A stretch of DNA of 62,536 bases, the filler included, from Dirinaria sp. TL-2023a (Eukaryota), in the NCBI GenBank assembly GCA_051941275.1. It is 3 parts of 3 records of this genome, joined end to end, with 100 filler letters (N's around TTAATTAATTAA, not from the genome) between each part and the next. Parts side by side here need not be neighbours in the genome. Positions count along the whole stretch, not along the records: positions 41,858 to 62,536 come from JAVEBF010000279.1; 2 more parts are not named here. The stretch is one strand, 5' to 3'. Position numbers and translations under genes: made by a program. The notes under the pieces are model-generated. The model made no database searches and was not told the DNA's origin. It worked only from the letters and a program-made list of their open reading frames with translations. Shown piece by piece: positions 52,001-62,536 of this stretch. The stretch's first letter is position 1, and each line of letters begins with the position of its first letter.

Positions 52001-52981
52001 CTGGCCAAATTTGTCGCGAAAGGAAAAGTCGGCGCGGTGAGGGAGTGCTTGAAGGCTGGCTGTAACCCAGGTACAGAAAAGAAGCCCCGTTGGTGGCCGA
52101 TATACAACGCAGTTAGAGGTGCAAGTGATGAGCACCTTAAATGTTTGAGGAAGTTGGTACTTTATGACGCGGACGTCAATGTAAGACAATCAAGGAATCG
52201 TAGGACGCCACTCCATTATGCGGTCGAGTCCAAGCGCTGGAAAAGCTATTCGTCTGTCATATATACTCTTCTGGCTCACGGTGCAGATCTAAACGCAAGA
52301 GACATGGCAAACGATCTGCCTCTCCTCATGCTCCTGGTTGGCAATGGCCGATTGCCGCAAGAAAAGCGTAATGCTCTCTTTCTGCTACTTGCGCCAAACT
52401 TTCAGACCAATCTAAACGTGACTCTTCCTGGTACTCTTGACAACCCGCTACACTTAGCCATACGCCGCAAGGATGCGTACACTGTAGACGCGATACTGGG
52501 GAAGATGAAGCAAATTGGCGGTTCGACACTGGACCTGATGATGTACGAATATAATGGTAGTGGCTTCACGCCACTACTCCTTGCATTAACTATCTTCCAG
52601 CTTGGTGAAGACTTGGATGAGGAGCTTCAGATCATTGAATACCTGCTCAAACATGGTGCCAGCGTTGATGACGCTGAAACAACACAAGGGAAAACTCCAC
52701 TACACCTAGTAATCGGTGTCAGCAAGAACACCATTGCCCTCGGACTGCTTTGCAGGCGCTCGGCCAATCCAGACCTACCTGACTTCGGGGGGCAGACGCC
52801 CAGAGCCTTGGTACGCAAACTACGATTTGATCATCCTCAAGACCAATGGTATCCATTTGCGCATAGTCGAATGACCAACAGATTGACAGCTAAGCACTAT
52901 CGGCCTCCTGAGTTTAACGCATTCCTTACTAAGGAACTAGAAACCCAGAGAGCCACTGATATACACGCGCCGCTCTTTTGA
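49005..52981 (+). pseudogene. Ser/Thr kinase + C-terminal ankyrin repeats, disrupted; intron 49439-49562
   Basis: LGVGSQG, YARKRI, HKDIKPEN, DFG, TPRYQSPE, SDIWSLG; ankyrin TPLH/NPLH/TPLL motifs. Frameshifts near 49615, 49720, 50296, 51285 and in-frame TAGs at 50898 and ~50931. Confidence 0.82.
51470..51800 (+). repeat. Diverged 180-bp (60-aa) tandem duplication
   Basis: ACACCGCTGATAAG...GCCGAAGCTCAACA...ACTCAAAGTGTGG recurs at a 180-nt offset (51501 vs 51681). Confidence 0.85.
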
Positions 52982-54010
52982 AAGCATAAATCTGTGCAGG
53001 AGAAAAAATCAAGGAGTCTTCGGTACACGAGGCTGTGCTCGCCATACTCGGCTTCGCAGCTAAGGCACAGAGTATGACCTACGGAAAGGCGTGGGCGCTG
53101 ATCAACTATTAGCCGATGCATGTACCTCTCATTTGATGCTCATTTCAGAAAACTAGGAGTTGCAGTTCCTAGATAGACGATACCCGGTGTAGATGAGAGG
53201 CTTGTAGAATGCACATGACTTATGACTACAATTTGTTGAACAAAATAATGTACAAAGACGCAGCCCCAAATTAGATGTACATGATGACGACCCTCTGGAC
53301 GGATTATGAGACCGGTCTGATCGAAAGGATTGGTAACTTAGGAGGAAGGCTGACTGTAAATACGTCCTGCATGCACCAAGCCCAAGGACTGTTGAAATCC
53401 TCCCAGATTTCAAACTCGGTTTCGGTTGATTTGTTGGAGAGATCCTCCACACTTATCTGTGCATCCTGTGCTCTGGCAGGGTGCTAATTGCAGTCACATC
53501 AGGACCTCATGACCCACGTAAAAAAGCATTTTCAACAATCTGATGGTGGATTGACCAACCAACAAAGGATCGTCGTCAATTCGACAAACCGTAGAACCTG
53601 TGTAAGCCACCGTAAGGGCATCGAAAGAGCGATCACGAACATGATATAACAGGCTGATAAGACCAGTCAAGGGATAATCCATTGGCATCCATTCTTGCTA
53701 GCAAATGGGATCGTCTGACGCAAAATCATGAAGTGCACAATTACCCTAAGGTATCTCTGTGTTTGGGGGAGAGGAAGTGACAGTGGCTAGCCTGTCACTT
53801 TAATCGTACTAGAGATTTTTTAGGGTTGATAGTTAGGGCTAGGTTTAGGGGTGTACTCGTACCTTAGGAGCTTAGGTAAGGTACCGTACATGACTCCCGT
53901 CGGGTACCTTAAAGTACCGTATCTGCTTTACGCACATCGTACTTTAGTAAGACGCGCCGACAATTGCTCGACATGCTCTATGCTCCCCACTTTCAACACC
54001 GCATTGTCCG

Positions 54011-55753
54011 ATGACTGGTAAGAGAAAGCGGCAAGAGCAGACAGAGGATGCATCTGCTTCCCCGAAAAGAGTGAGGACAGACTCAATATTTGACCAAGAT
54101 GGCGACCTTAGCGAGATCCGCCATGAGGAGACCCCTACAAAGCACCGGCGAGGCAGACCTCCTGGCAGTGGTAGGAAGAAACAATCATCCACCAAGGGTC
54201 ATGGTGTAGCGTTGGATCGGGTCCCGCCCATGTCCAATGGCGCGGGCAGGCTTCTATTCACGTCTCCTACGAAAGGCCAAGATGGCAAGGATGAAGACGA
54301 AGTCACGCCAAGACGAATTGTTCGAAGTGTGGACAGTTCCGCTCGGCGTAAGAGCATAAGAAACGCAATCGAGCGGACTATTGCCGACCAGTCGAGTGAT
54401 GAGTATGAGCTTGCAGAGAACGAAAACCTCGCTCAGAAGATCTGGCATGCCGAACTAGCTGAAGAAGAGGAAGAAGCTGCGTCTGCGTCTGAGGGAGACC
54501 ATGCAGCTGTCGAGGATGAGCTCAATGCGGAGCATACTACGCCTACAACTCCCTCCAAGGGAGGGCGTAAACGTGCACGCCGGAAGAAATCGCCGACGCC
54601 TCCCATGGATCTTGCTCCTCACGAACAATACTTCTTCCAAAACCGTCCCGGCCGAGTCAAGACGTCCAACAATTCTCTGTCATCGCTCTCATTACTTACA
54701 CACGAGGAATACCACAATCAGATCAGCAAATACAAAGACCCTCACACTTCTTCTCAGCGCTTTCTCCGTTCTCTGCACTCGCGCTCCTTTCCCCAATGGT
54801 ACTTCGAACTGCATGAGTCCTTCAACATCTGTCTATGCGGCTACGGGTCAAAGCGCGAACTCGTCAATTCATTTGCTGAATATCTCTACGCGCGCAATAC
54901 GTCCCATGCACCTAAAATCCTGATAGTGAATGGTTACACTCCGACGCTCACGCTGCGTCACATTCTTAACCTCCTCGCATCTCACATCTATGACCATCCA
55001 CCTCCGAAGCTCCCTAGCCAACCTATAGAAGCCGTCTCCAGTTTGCTCGCACAGCTCTCCACCCAGCCCCCTGAAACACCAATCCACCTCTTCATCAACT
55101 CCCTCGACGCCCCACCCTTGCGCCGTGCTCCTGCGCCAATGCTTCTCGCGCAGCTCGCAACATGCCCTCACATCCGCCTCCTCGCAACATGCGACCAGCC
55201 AAACTTCCCGCTCCTCTGGGACACCAATTTACTAGAGCAGTACAACTGGGTCTACCATGACACCACAACCTTTGTGCCCTACGCGGGCGTCGAAGTCCCC
55301 GCGGTGCTCGATGACGTGAACGAGCTTCTCGGCCGGAGCGGGCGCGCGGTCAAGGGCAAAGAGGGCGTCGGCTTCGTGCTGCGGAGTCTGCCCGAGAATG
55401 CCCGCAACCTGTACCGCGTGCTCGTGGCTGAGATCCTGGCCGCTGGGGCTGAAGCTGAGGATGCTGGGTTGGGGTCCGGTGGCTCGGACGAGGGAGATGG
55501 TGCCAAGGGTGTTACAGCAGGAGGAGGAGGAGGAGGGAAGGCGAGTGGTACAGGCGTCGAGTACAGGGTGCTCTATCAGAAGGTGGTGGAGGAGTTCATA
55601 TGCAGCAGTGAGATGGCCTTCAGGCAACTGTTGAAGGAATTCCATGACCATGATATGCTCGTTTCGAGACGAGACGGGGCCGGGACGGAAGTGCTGGGCG
55701 TGCCTTTTCGGAAGGAGGAGCTGGAAGCTATACTAGAAGATCTCATGGGATAG
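54011..55753 (+). CDS. ORC2: Origin recognition complex subunit 2
   Basis: AT-hook RRGRPP, SFPQWYFEL..SFNICLCGYGSKR.L, VNGY, HDTTTF.PY, VLRSLPENARNLY, LLKEFHDH. Confidence 0.95.
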   Translation: MTGKRKRQEQTEDASASPKRVRTDSIFDQDGDLSEIRHEETPTKHRRGRPPGSGRKKQSSTKGHGVALDRVPPMSNGAGRLLFTSPTKGQDGKDEDEVTPRRIVRSVDSSARRKSIRNAIERTIADQSSDEYELAENENLAQKIWHAELAEEEEEAASASEGDHAAVEDELNAEHTTPTTPSKGGRKRARRKKSPTPPMDLAPHEQYFFQNRPGRVKTSNNSLSSLSLLTHEEYHNQISKYKDPHTSSQRFLRSLHSRSFPQWYFELHESFNICLCGYGSKRELVNSFAEYLYARNTSHAPKILIVNGYTPTLTLRHILNLLASHIYDHPPPKLPSQPIEAVSSLLAQLSTQPPETPIHLFINSLDAPPLRRAPAPMLLAQLATCPHIRLLATCDQPNFPLLWDTNLLEQYNWVYHDTTTFVPYAGVEVPAVLDDVNELLGRSGRAVKGKEGVGFVLRSLPENARNLYRVLVAEILAAGAEAEDAGLGSGGSDEGDGAKGVTAGGGGGGKASGTGVEYRVLYQKVVEEFICSSEMAFRQLLKEFHDHDMLVSRRDGAGTEVLGVPFRKEELEAILEDLMG

Positions 55754-55941
55754 CGCTTGAGATTTTCCATGTCCCGTTCCGCGATATCCAAGGGAACTGT
55801 CTTCGTACATACTCTGAACGCATATATGACTTTAATGCAAGATACCCAATGCATACTACTTATTTGCAGCACGAAGCCGTTCGAATGTGCTCAACGACAG
55901 CAGCAGCAGCGATACAAAAAAATAGATTTTGCACACTAAAT

Positions 55942-58236
55942 CTAAATAGCTTTCGTCTCCCTCTGCAACCACTTCAAAGTCCTCTCGTCGCCTTCGAAGA
56001 ACGCCTTCGTCTTCTGCACAATCTCCCGGTGGTAGCTATTCACCCACTCCCTCTCCGCGTCCGTCAACAGCGCCGCATCGATCAGTTTCCGGCAATAGGG
56101 CACCATGGTGACGTGCTCGAAGCCGAAATACGGCTTATCGCCGAACCGGTGCGCGGTCTCGACCTCCTTGGCGATGATCATGTTCTCGATGCGGATGCCG
56201 AAGCTGCCGTCCTCGTAGTAGCCCGGTTCGTCGGATAGGACGTTGCCGGCCGAGAGCGGGACCTCGGAGAAGGCGATGCGGGTGCCGATGCCGATGGGGC
56301 CTTCGTGGACGTTGAGGTAGGAGCCGACGCCGTGGCCGGTCCCGTGGCGGTAATCGAGCCCTTCGCGCCAGAGGAACTGGCGCGCGAAGGAGTCGATCTG
56401 GAAGCCCGAGGTGCCTTTGGGGAAGACGGCGGTGTCGAGGGCGATGACCCCCTTCAGCACCAGCGTGTACGCCTTCCGCTCTAGTTGTGTCGGGGTGCCG
56501 AAGTGCATCGTCCGCGTCGTGTCCGTCGTCCCGTCCAGGTACTGCGCGCCCGAGTCGCAGAGGTAGATCGCCGCCGGGTCGATGCTGGAGCAGAGGCCTG
56601 GTTCGGGTTTGTAGTGGATCACGGCCGCGTTCGCGCCCGTGGAGGAGATGGTGTCGAAGGAGAGACCGACGAAGTGTTCGCCTTCGGAGCGGATCGATTC
56701 GAGTTTATCGGCTCCGTTCACCTCGTCCAGTTTCGTCCCCTTCACTAGGAGCTCTTCCTCTAGCCAAGCAAAGTACCTGCAGAGCGCGGCTCCGTCGCGC
56801 ACATGGCATGCTCGCATACCGTCTAGTTCGGTTTTGTTTTTGATGACCTTGGCATCGCCCACTGGACTTCGGATTTCCTCGACTTTCTCTTCACCGCCGA
56901 GGTTCAGACTCAAAGCCCAGGACGCTTTCGTCGAGATCATGAATTTTCTCTTGGGCGTGTTCGAGCCGTCTGTTTCGGCCTCGAGTGATTCGGCCATGGC
57001 TTTCGTATCCTCGAAAATTGCATTGTACGGCTTGATCTGGACTTTATCGCCTAGATGCTGCTCTACATCTCGGCTTAGCTTGCTGCGGTCGACATAAAGT
57101 GTAGCTGTTGTAGGCGTCACTGCAGCATAGGAGAAGAAAACTGGATTGTAAGGGATGCTGATGTATAATTTAGCGAAGATCAATCAATTAAATCATTTTC
57201 GGACATACTCATTGCCACGAAGATTGAACAGCCAAGCGATCTCGTCAAGCGCCGCTGTATGCGGAACGGATTAGTTTTGGGTGCGGTAGCTGAGATGAAC
57301 ACGCGAGGCATACAGATGATTAACCCGGCACCTTTTTTCTTCTCAAGTTCCTTCCTTAGCGCCTCAAGTTTGTCTTCAGAGCTTTGGCCTGCAAACTTGA
57401 TGTCGAGAGGCTTCACTTCCCCCTTAGGTGCTGGTGGCCGGTCGGATCCCCACACGACGTCAACGAGGTTGGAAGTGACTGCTGATAGTGCAGCACCGCC
57501 TTTCTTCTTGATCTTCTCCAATAGGCTTCGTGCTTCCGCTATTTTGTAAAATGCTTAGCATCCTTTTCTGAGACTATTTGAATACACTCACGAGCTGTTA
57601 TCACCGTCGGATCTACCCCAACGGTTCTGTTGCCTTCGGACTGCTCTGCTGTCCTATATCTCGTCAAAAGTTCGGTCCTGAATACGTGGGCTCATGATGC
57701 CGACCATTCTTGCCAAGTCGGAACATCGTCAATTCCTTGCTTTAGGAGCTCCCAATTATTGTCTAGCTGCTGCGATGCCTGATTGAAATACCGGCCATCT
57801 GTGGCCAAAGCTGCTTTATCTGCTGTGACGACGGCGGTACCTGCTGAGCCAGAGAATCCGCTAATGTGTGCTACGATTGTGAGTAGGTATCGGAGCCATT
57901 TTGACGTGTCAATCAAACCTCTACGAGCATCACACGCTGCAACATATTCGGATTGATGACTATCTTCGGATGGTACAACTTCACCGCCCAGTAAGAAAGT
58001 GTGCTGTATACCTATGGTAGACTTTGATTGTGCCTACTGTAAATATCGACCTTGTTTTCTTTCATCAAGCTCCGTAAATGCTTCAAGCGTTCGGTGGTGT
58101 TCACAGTCTCCATATCGAGTGATAATAATCTTGTATATTTTGAGAATCCTCTTGTGGCAGGTATGAATATATTGAAATCACCCAAACAGCTATTGAGACT
58201 TGAATGACAACGCCACGAGAGACGACTAAAGAACAT
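55942..58236 (-). CDS. ampp: Xaa-Pro aminopeptidase P (M24B, Fra1/AmpP); exons 58236-58038, 57978-57919, 57870-57705, 57653-57592, 57538-57314, 57254-57209, 57157-55942
   Basis: [67 protein letters not shown]; six introns keep frame. Confidence 0.93.
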
Positions 58237-58808
58237 TACCTTGAGGAGCTCAACACTCGGATCAAAATAGCACTCACTTACCTACATGTACTATGTACCT
58301 TTACCTCATCCACCAAATCGCCAAATGGCCGCCAACCCACTCTTGCTCTAACGTCTTGGCGTATGGTTAGTGAAGCTGTATTATACAGATAGCGGTAAAA
58401 TATCATCTTGGCTAAGGTACCTACTAAGGTGCTTTAAGGTACTTAGGTAAGCTGTTGAAGGTAGAGACGATGGACCAATTGAAGTGTTGTCGACTTCGAC
58501 GTCGTTAGTCGCATTTATGTTTGCTGAGTGATGCTGGTGATGAAAGACTTGCTCCAATGATGCTAGAATCGTTGGAACAAAGAATGGCTTTCAGAACAGC
58601 ATATATATGGGACAGGTCCGAATGTTTGTAGATGTTGACCGCATACTTATCAATGTGTACAATTATACCAATTAGAGACTGACGAACAGATGACTTCTCG
58701 TTTTGGCAACACTGTCTCCGGGTTCGGTGGAGGAAGGTGCGACCTATTTGAATTTTCTCTCTTTACTGCTGTCCTCCGCAACTTTCCACAGATGATCACC
58801 GCCTCAAG

Positions 58809-61800
58809 ATGTCCGACTCAAGATCTTCAAGAGTCACTGATGGTCCGGGACTCAACACCCTCCAGGATCACGAGAGGTTAGTGAAAGCGCTCTATGCGCC
58901 AGGCGGCTATGATGCACGGATAGAAGATGTGCTACAGAGATATCAGAGGTCCCCCCGTGGCTGGGCTTTCGCGGATGAGCTCCTCCAAAGCCAGGATTCT
59001 CAGGTCAGGTACTTTGGAGCCTTGACATTCATTGTCAAGATAAACAACGACTGGGATACCCTGAGCGAAGCAGACGCCGCTTCTCTTCTCGAAAGACTCC
59101 TCGATTGGCTACTCCGCCTTGTCAAAAACGGGGAAGGGCGTCTTGTTCTTCGCAAGCTTTGCTCAGCACTGGTTGCCTATTATATGCGACCTTCTGTACC
59201 TTGGGACCGCTATGTCAAGCGACTCATCCACTCTTTCAGCTTGGACGCTGTCGTGTCACCTGAGCAATCCCTAGATTCATACCAATCGACAGATGAAGCT
59301 CTAAATCCGCTTAAAAGTCCGCAGTCCCAGACCATTCTCTGGTTCTCGGCAACATTCGTTGAAGAAGTGTCTAGAGTGAAGGTTGTCGACCCCAAGACGT
59401 AAGTGCTTTAGTCTAGTCTAGTCCAACGCTTGATATTCTGGACCCTGTCGCTTCTGTGTATCCTAAGTACCAATAGAAGTCCTACACTGCAGAGACAAAA
59501 TTGCACTTTTCTTTGTCGGTGGCTCAGCAATGTCAATTTGTGGAGATTGTCTCTGCAATATTGTGACTGGAACTCTGGTCAATCGCTGCTGATTCTCTCT
59601 TGCAGGCTCTCCTTGTACAAGAAGGCTACTGCCAATATCGACGATACTATGGTGCTTATCCAGCGTATACTTCAATTACCTAGCAATGATATTGGGCTGT
59701 CTGAGGAAGCCATCCAATGCTTTCAGGTACAGTGCAGGCTTTCAAAGTCATCTTGGGACGGTTCAAACCGCTCAAACCCTCATTTCTTAGGAAGTACGTT
59801 ACTGACCACCTGCAGGAATGGGTGAACTACGCACATGGAGTTTACATAAACAAGGCGCATAAGGATACCGATTTTGTTGATTTTCTGGGTAAACTCAGAC
59901 CCCTTGTACCTGTGCTCATCACGAGCCTTACCGTTCGAGAACTGTTCGATGTGTCCGTTGAGTTTTTCACCGAGATTTTGACAAACTTCGCAGCCTTCTT
60001 CGAGACTAGGCACCTGGTCGCCTTGGCTGGTCTGCTCGCAAGCCCATGGTCGCAGGAATGGATGCTAGCGCTGAAAGCTGGTGATTTTGGTGGAGACGCG
60101 CAAGATTTTTCAAGATTACTCTTCGCTTATGGTGACGCTGCATTGCAAGATCTTGCACGGCACCCCCTTGATGGATCCTACGCTCTAGTCCTGGACCAAC
60201 TGCTTGTCTTATTGAACTGTGCAGGTTATGATGGAGCCGAGATGCAGATCTCTTCGCAAGCGGTGGAATTCTGGCAACTATACACGGAGCATGTCACCGG
60301 TACTTGCTTCACGCAGGAAGAAGAGCAGGTCGAACCAATATTGGAACTCGCAAGTGCTCGTGTTGCGAAGGCACTTGAGATTGGGCTGGCAAGAATTCGC
60401 TTTCCTTCCGAAGACATGACAGCGTCGTGGGACTCTGAAACGAGATCAGACTTTGGAAACTTGCGGCGGGATTTACAAGATCTCGTTCAAGCTTCTTTTC
60501 CACTGTTAGGCCAGGCGGTTTTCGCGACTTTTGCGAAGTCAGCACTCGATGCGCTTCGTGATGAAGCTTGGCCAGACGTGGAGGCTGCATTGTTTTGTCT
60601 CAATGGGCTCTCGGACTCATGCGCGGGAACGCCTTCAGAGGATGCAATCCTAGCAAGTGTCTTCGGGTCACCTCTGTTCTCTGAATCAGCGATTGGAAGG
60701 GAAAGTAGTATGCCTGAGCATACCCAGCAGACGGTCTTGGACACGATCACAAACTACACTGCTTTTTTCGGACGGCATGGCGAACACCTACCAAGCGTCT
60801 TCAGATATCTATTTGGCTGCTTGAATAATCGTACGCTCGCAGTTCCGGCGTCGAAAGCAATTGCCTCCACATGCTCTTTGTCTCGGCACTTGCTTGTAAA
60901 CCAGGTCAACGAGTTTCTGGGCATACGCGACTCTCTTCAAATGTGCAATGCGTATGTGAAGGAGAAAATAGTCGGAGCCATTGCAATGATTATACAAGCA
61001 CTTCCGAAAGAAGAGGACAAGATTGGACCTTTGTCAAATTTGCTGACATTCGTGGAGGCGGACGCAGCAGTAGTACATAAGGCGAACGAATGCGGTCGTC
61101 TCGGAGATGGGGTAGCGAGTGGCGTATGCGCGTTAGACTGCCTCGCCAGCATCGCGAGAGCAGTGCAGGTCCCGGATTCTGATATCGTCGATCTTGAAAG
61201 GGATCCGGGTTTACAGCAATATCAATGGGGGGTGTGGCAGACAGAAATGGCACTATTATTGCAAGCGAGAGTCATCCGGCTATTACTCGACTGCACGAGG
61301 CTGTTGAAGAACGATTCCAATGTCATCTCATCGGCTTGTCAAGTGCTTCGGGCAGGATATAAGGAGTCTAATGCCGGCCTGTTCGTCCTGCCCACATCGG
61401 TTTCCACGAAATTATTGGAGGAAGGGGTTGAGCAGGGATTTGATTCTCCGAGGCTCAATTATCTGCTTGATACTGTCGGCACAATGCTCAATTCTCGGCG
61501 TTATGCTCCAGCCGACATCATGCGCTCGTCAGCGTCCGAAACAATACGCACGGTGCTATTTATTATTCGACGTCTTGACAGTAAGTGCTGTCATTCCTAT
61601 GAGGTATCCGCAATACCAGCTATCATTGACTGACAAAACTGGTAGACACGCCTGAGCGCGATCCTGAGATCGCCGCCAGTTGTATCGACGTAGCCGCGAA
61701 AACGATCCCAGTTTATATAGAGTCGCTCTTTGATCTCAAAACTTTGTTCGACCTCCCGAACCTGTTCAGATTGACCCTGACCAGTCTGACCATGCGTGAG

Positions 61801-62306
61801 ATCATGCCCAAGCGAGCTGCAGCTTCTTTCTGGGTAAGCAACAGCCTCCGTCGTATCAAAGATTGATCTCTGTTTAACTTGGAGTTCAGGCGTTATTCAT
61901 TCTTCATCATACATTCGTGACTCAATCTTCGGAGACGATTCAGAGTTACCTTGCGGAGTTCGGTCCACGGCTGTGTCACGTCCTCATTCGCAATATCAGT
62001 GGCGAAGGGTTCCGCAGTGATATGGACATTCTTGCAGAACCCTTGAAGAGACTGGCGTATTGCCACCCAATGGCGAGGCAATGGCTGCAGGACGCTCTTT
62101 TCAGCCCTTCGTTCACTAGTCAGAAGGTCGGTGACCAGGAGAAAATTCAATGGCTCCAAAAGATCTTGCAGTAAGTGAATCTAGCCTCCTGAATGGCCAG
62201 CTACTCATCGTACATGAATAGTCTAAGAGGCGGTGCCGGAACCAATCAGGCCGTGAAGGATTTCTGGATGGCTTGTCGAGGAACGAACCACGCCTACGCC
62301 ACGTGA
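58809..62306 (+). CDS. Karyopherin-beta, importin-13/Kap122-like; exons 58809-59398, 59606-59726, 59816-61580, 61646-61833, 61890-62170, 62222-62306
   Basis: LQRYQRSPRGW..ADELL....VRYFGALTFIVKIN.DW, W..VEAALFCL, C-term VKDFWMACRG; five GT-AG introns in frame. Confidence 0.85.
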
Positions 62307-62536
62307 CGACGGAACCTCAATCACAGAGAGAAAAGCATGGCTTCCACATGGGTTGAGTGAGGCATACAGGAGTCTTGGAACGAGGAAAGAATACCCATCT
62401 GCATTCTGACAGGCTGTCGGCTCGTCTATAATAGTATTAATCAGACGCGTAGGAGTGCATAGTTTACTCGCAAACATTCCCGTAGCAAAATAGTTCAAAT
62501 TCTCCCTCTAATAATCAATTCACCCCTCTTCTGAAC

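Noticed and set aside
53820..53850. TTAGGG repeats as a telomere or telomerase RNA template
   Set aside because: Few, interrupted and internal; no supporting RNA structure seen.
54140..54180. AT-hook in ORC2
   Set aside because: Common in filamentous ascomycete ORC subunits.

Overview
Intron-containing DNA from a filamentous ascomycete (Pezizomycotina; gene style suggests a lichen-forming Lecanoromycete, which I cannot prove). The window is three ~20.8 kb contigs joined by artificial 100-nt N44-TTAATTAATTAA-N44 linkers (20832-20931, 41758-41857), so neighbourhood across the gaps is meaningless. Contig 1 is housekeeping: coilin-like DUF7357 protein, RPA43, a membrane DnaJ protein, the group III hybrid histidine kinase NIK1/Os-1 and a Uls1/Ris1-like SNF2-RING protein. 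Contig 2 is accessory: secreted proteins including NIS1, an FAD monooxygenase, an AIM6-like phosphodiesterase, pseudogenes, and a decayed ~31-35 kb block with DUF3716 and SNF2-helicase relics showing strong CC/GG-directed, RIP-like hypermutation. Contig 3 holds partial MRPL7, a USP deubiquitinase, an ATG43/DUF1770 protein, ORC2, aminopeptidase P and a Kap122/importin-13-like gene, interrupted by a decayed island: a kinase-ankyrin pseudogene head-to-head with a HeLo/pseudokinase-type C-terminal fragment. Best leads: the CpC-targeted mutagenesis of a SNF2+DUF3716 element, an Rsc9-like RFX winged-helix inside coilin, the possible RIPK/MLKL-like gene pair, and a recurring TAAGGTA/TACCTTA promoter motif. 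Family calls come from motif recognition by eye; no searches were run.
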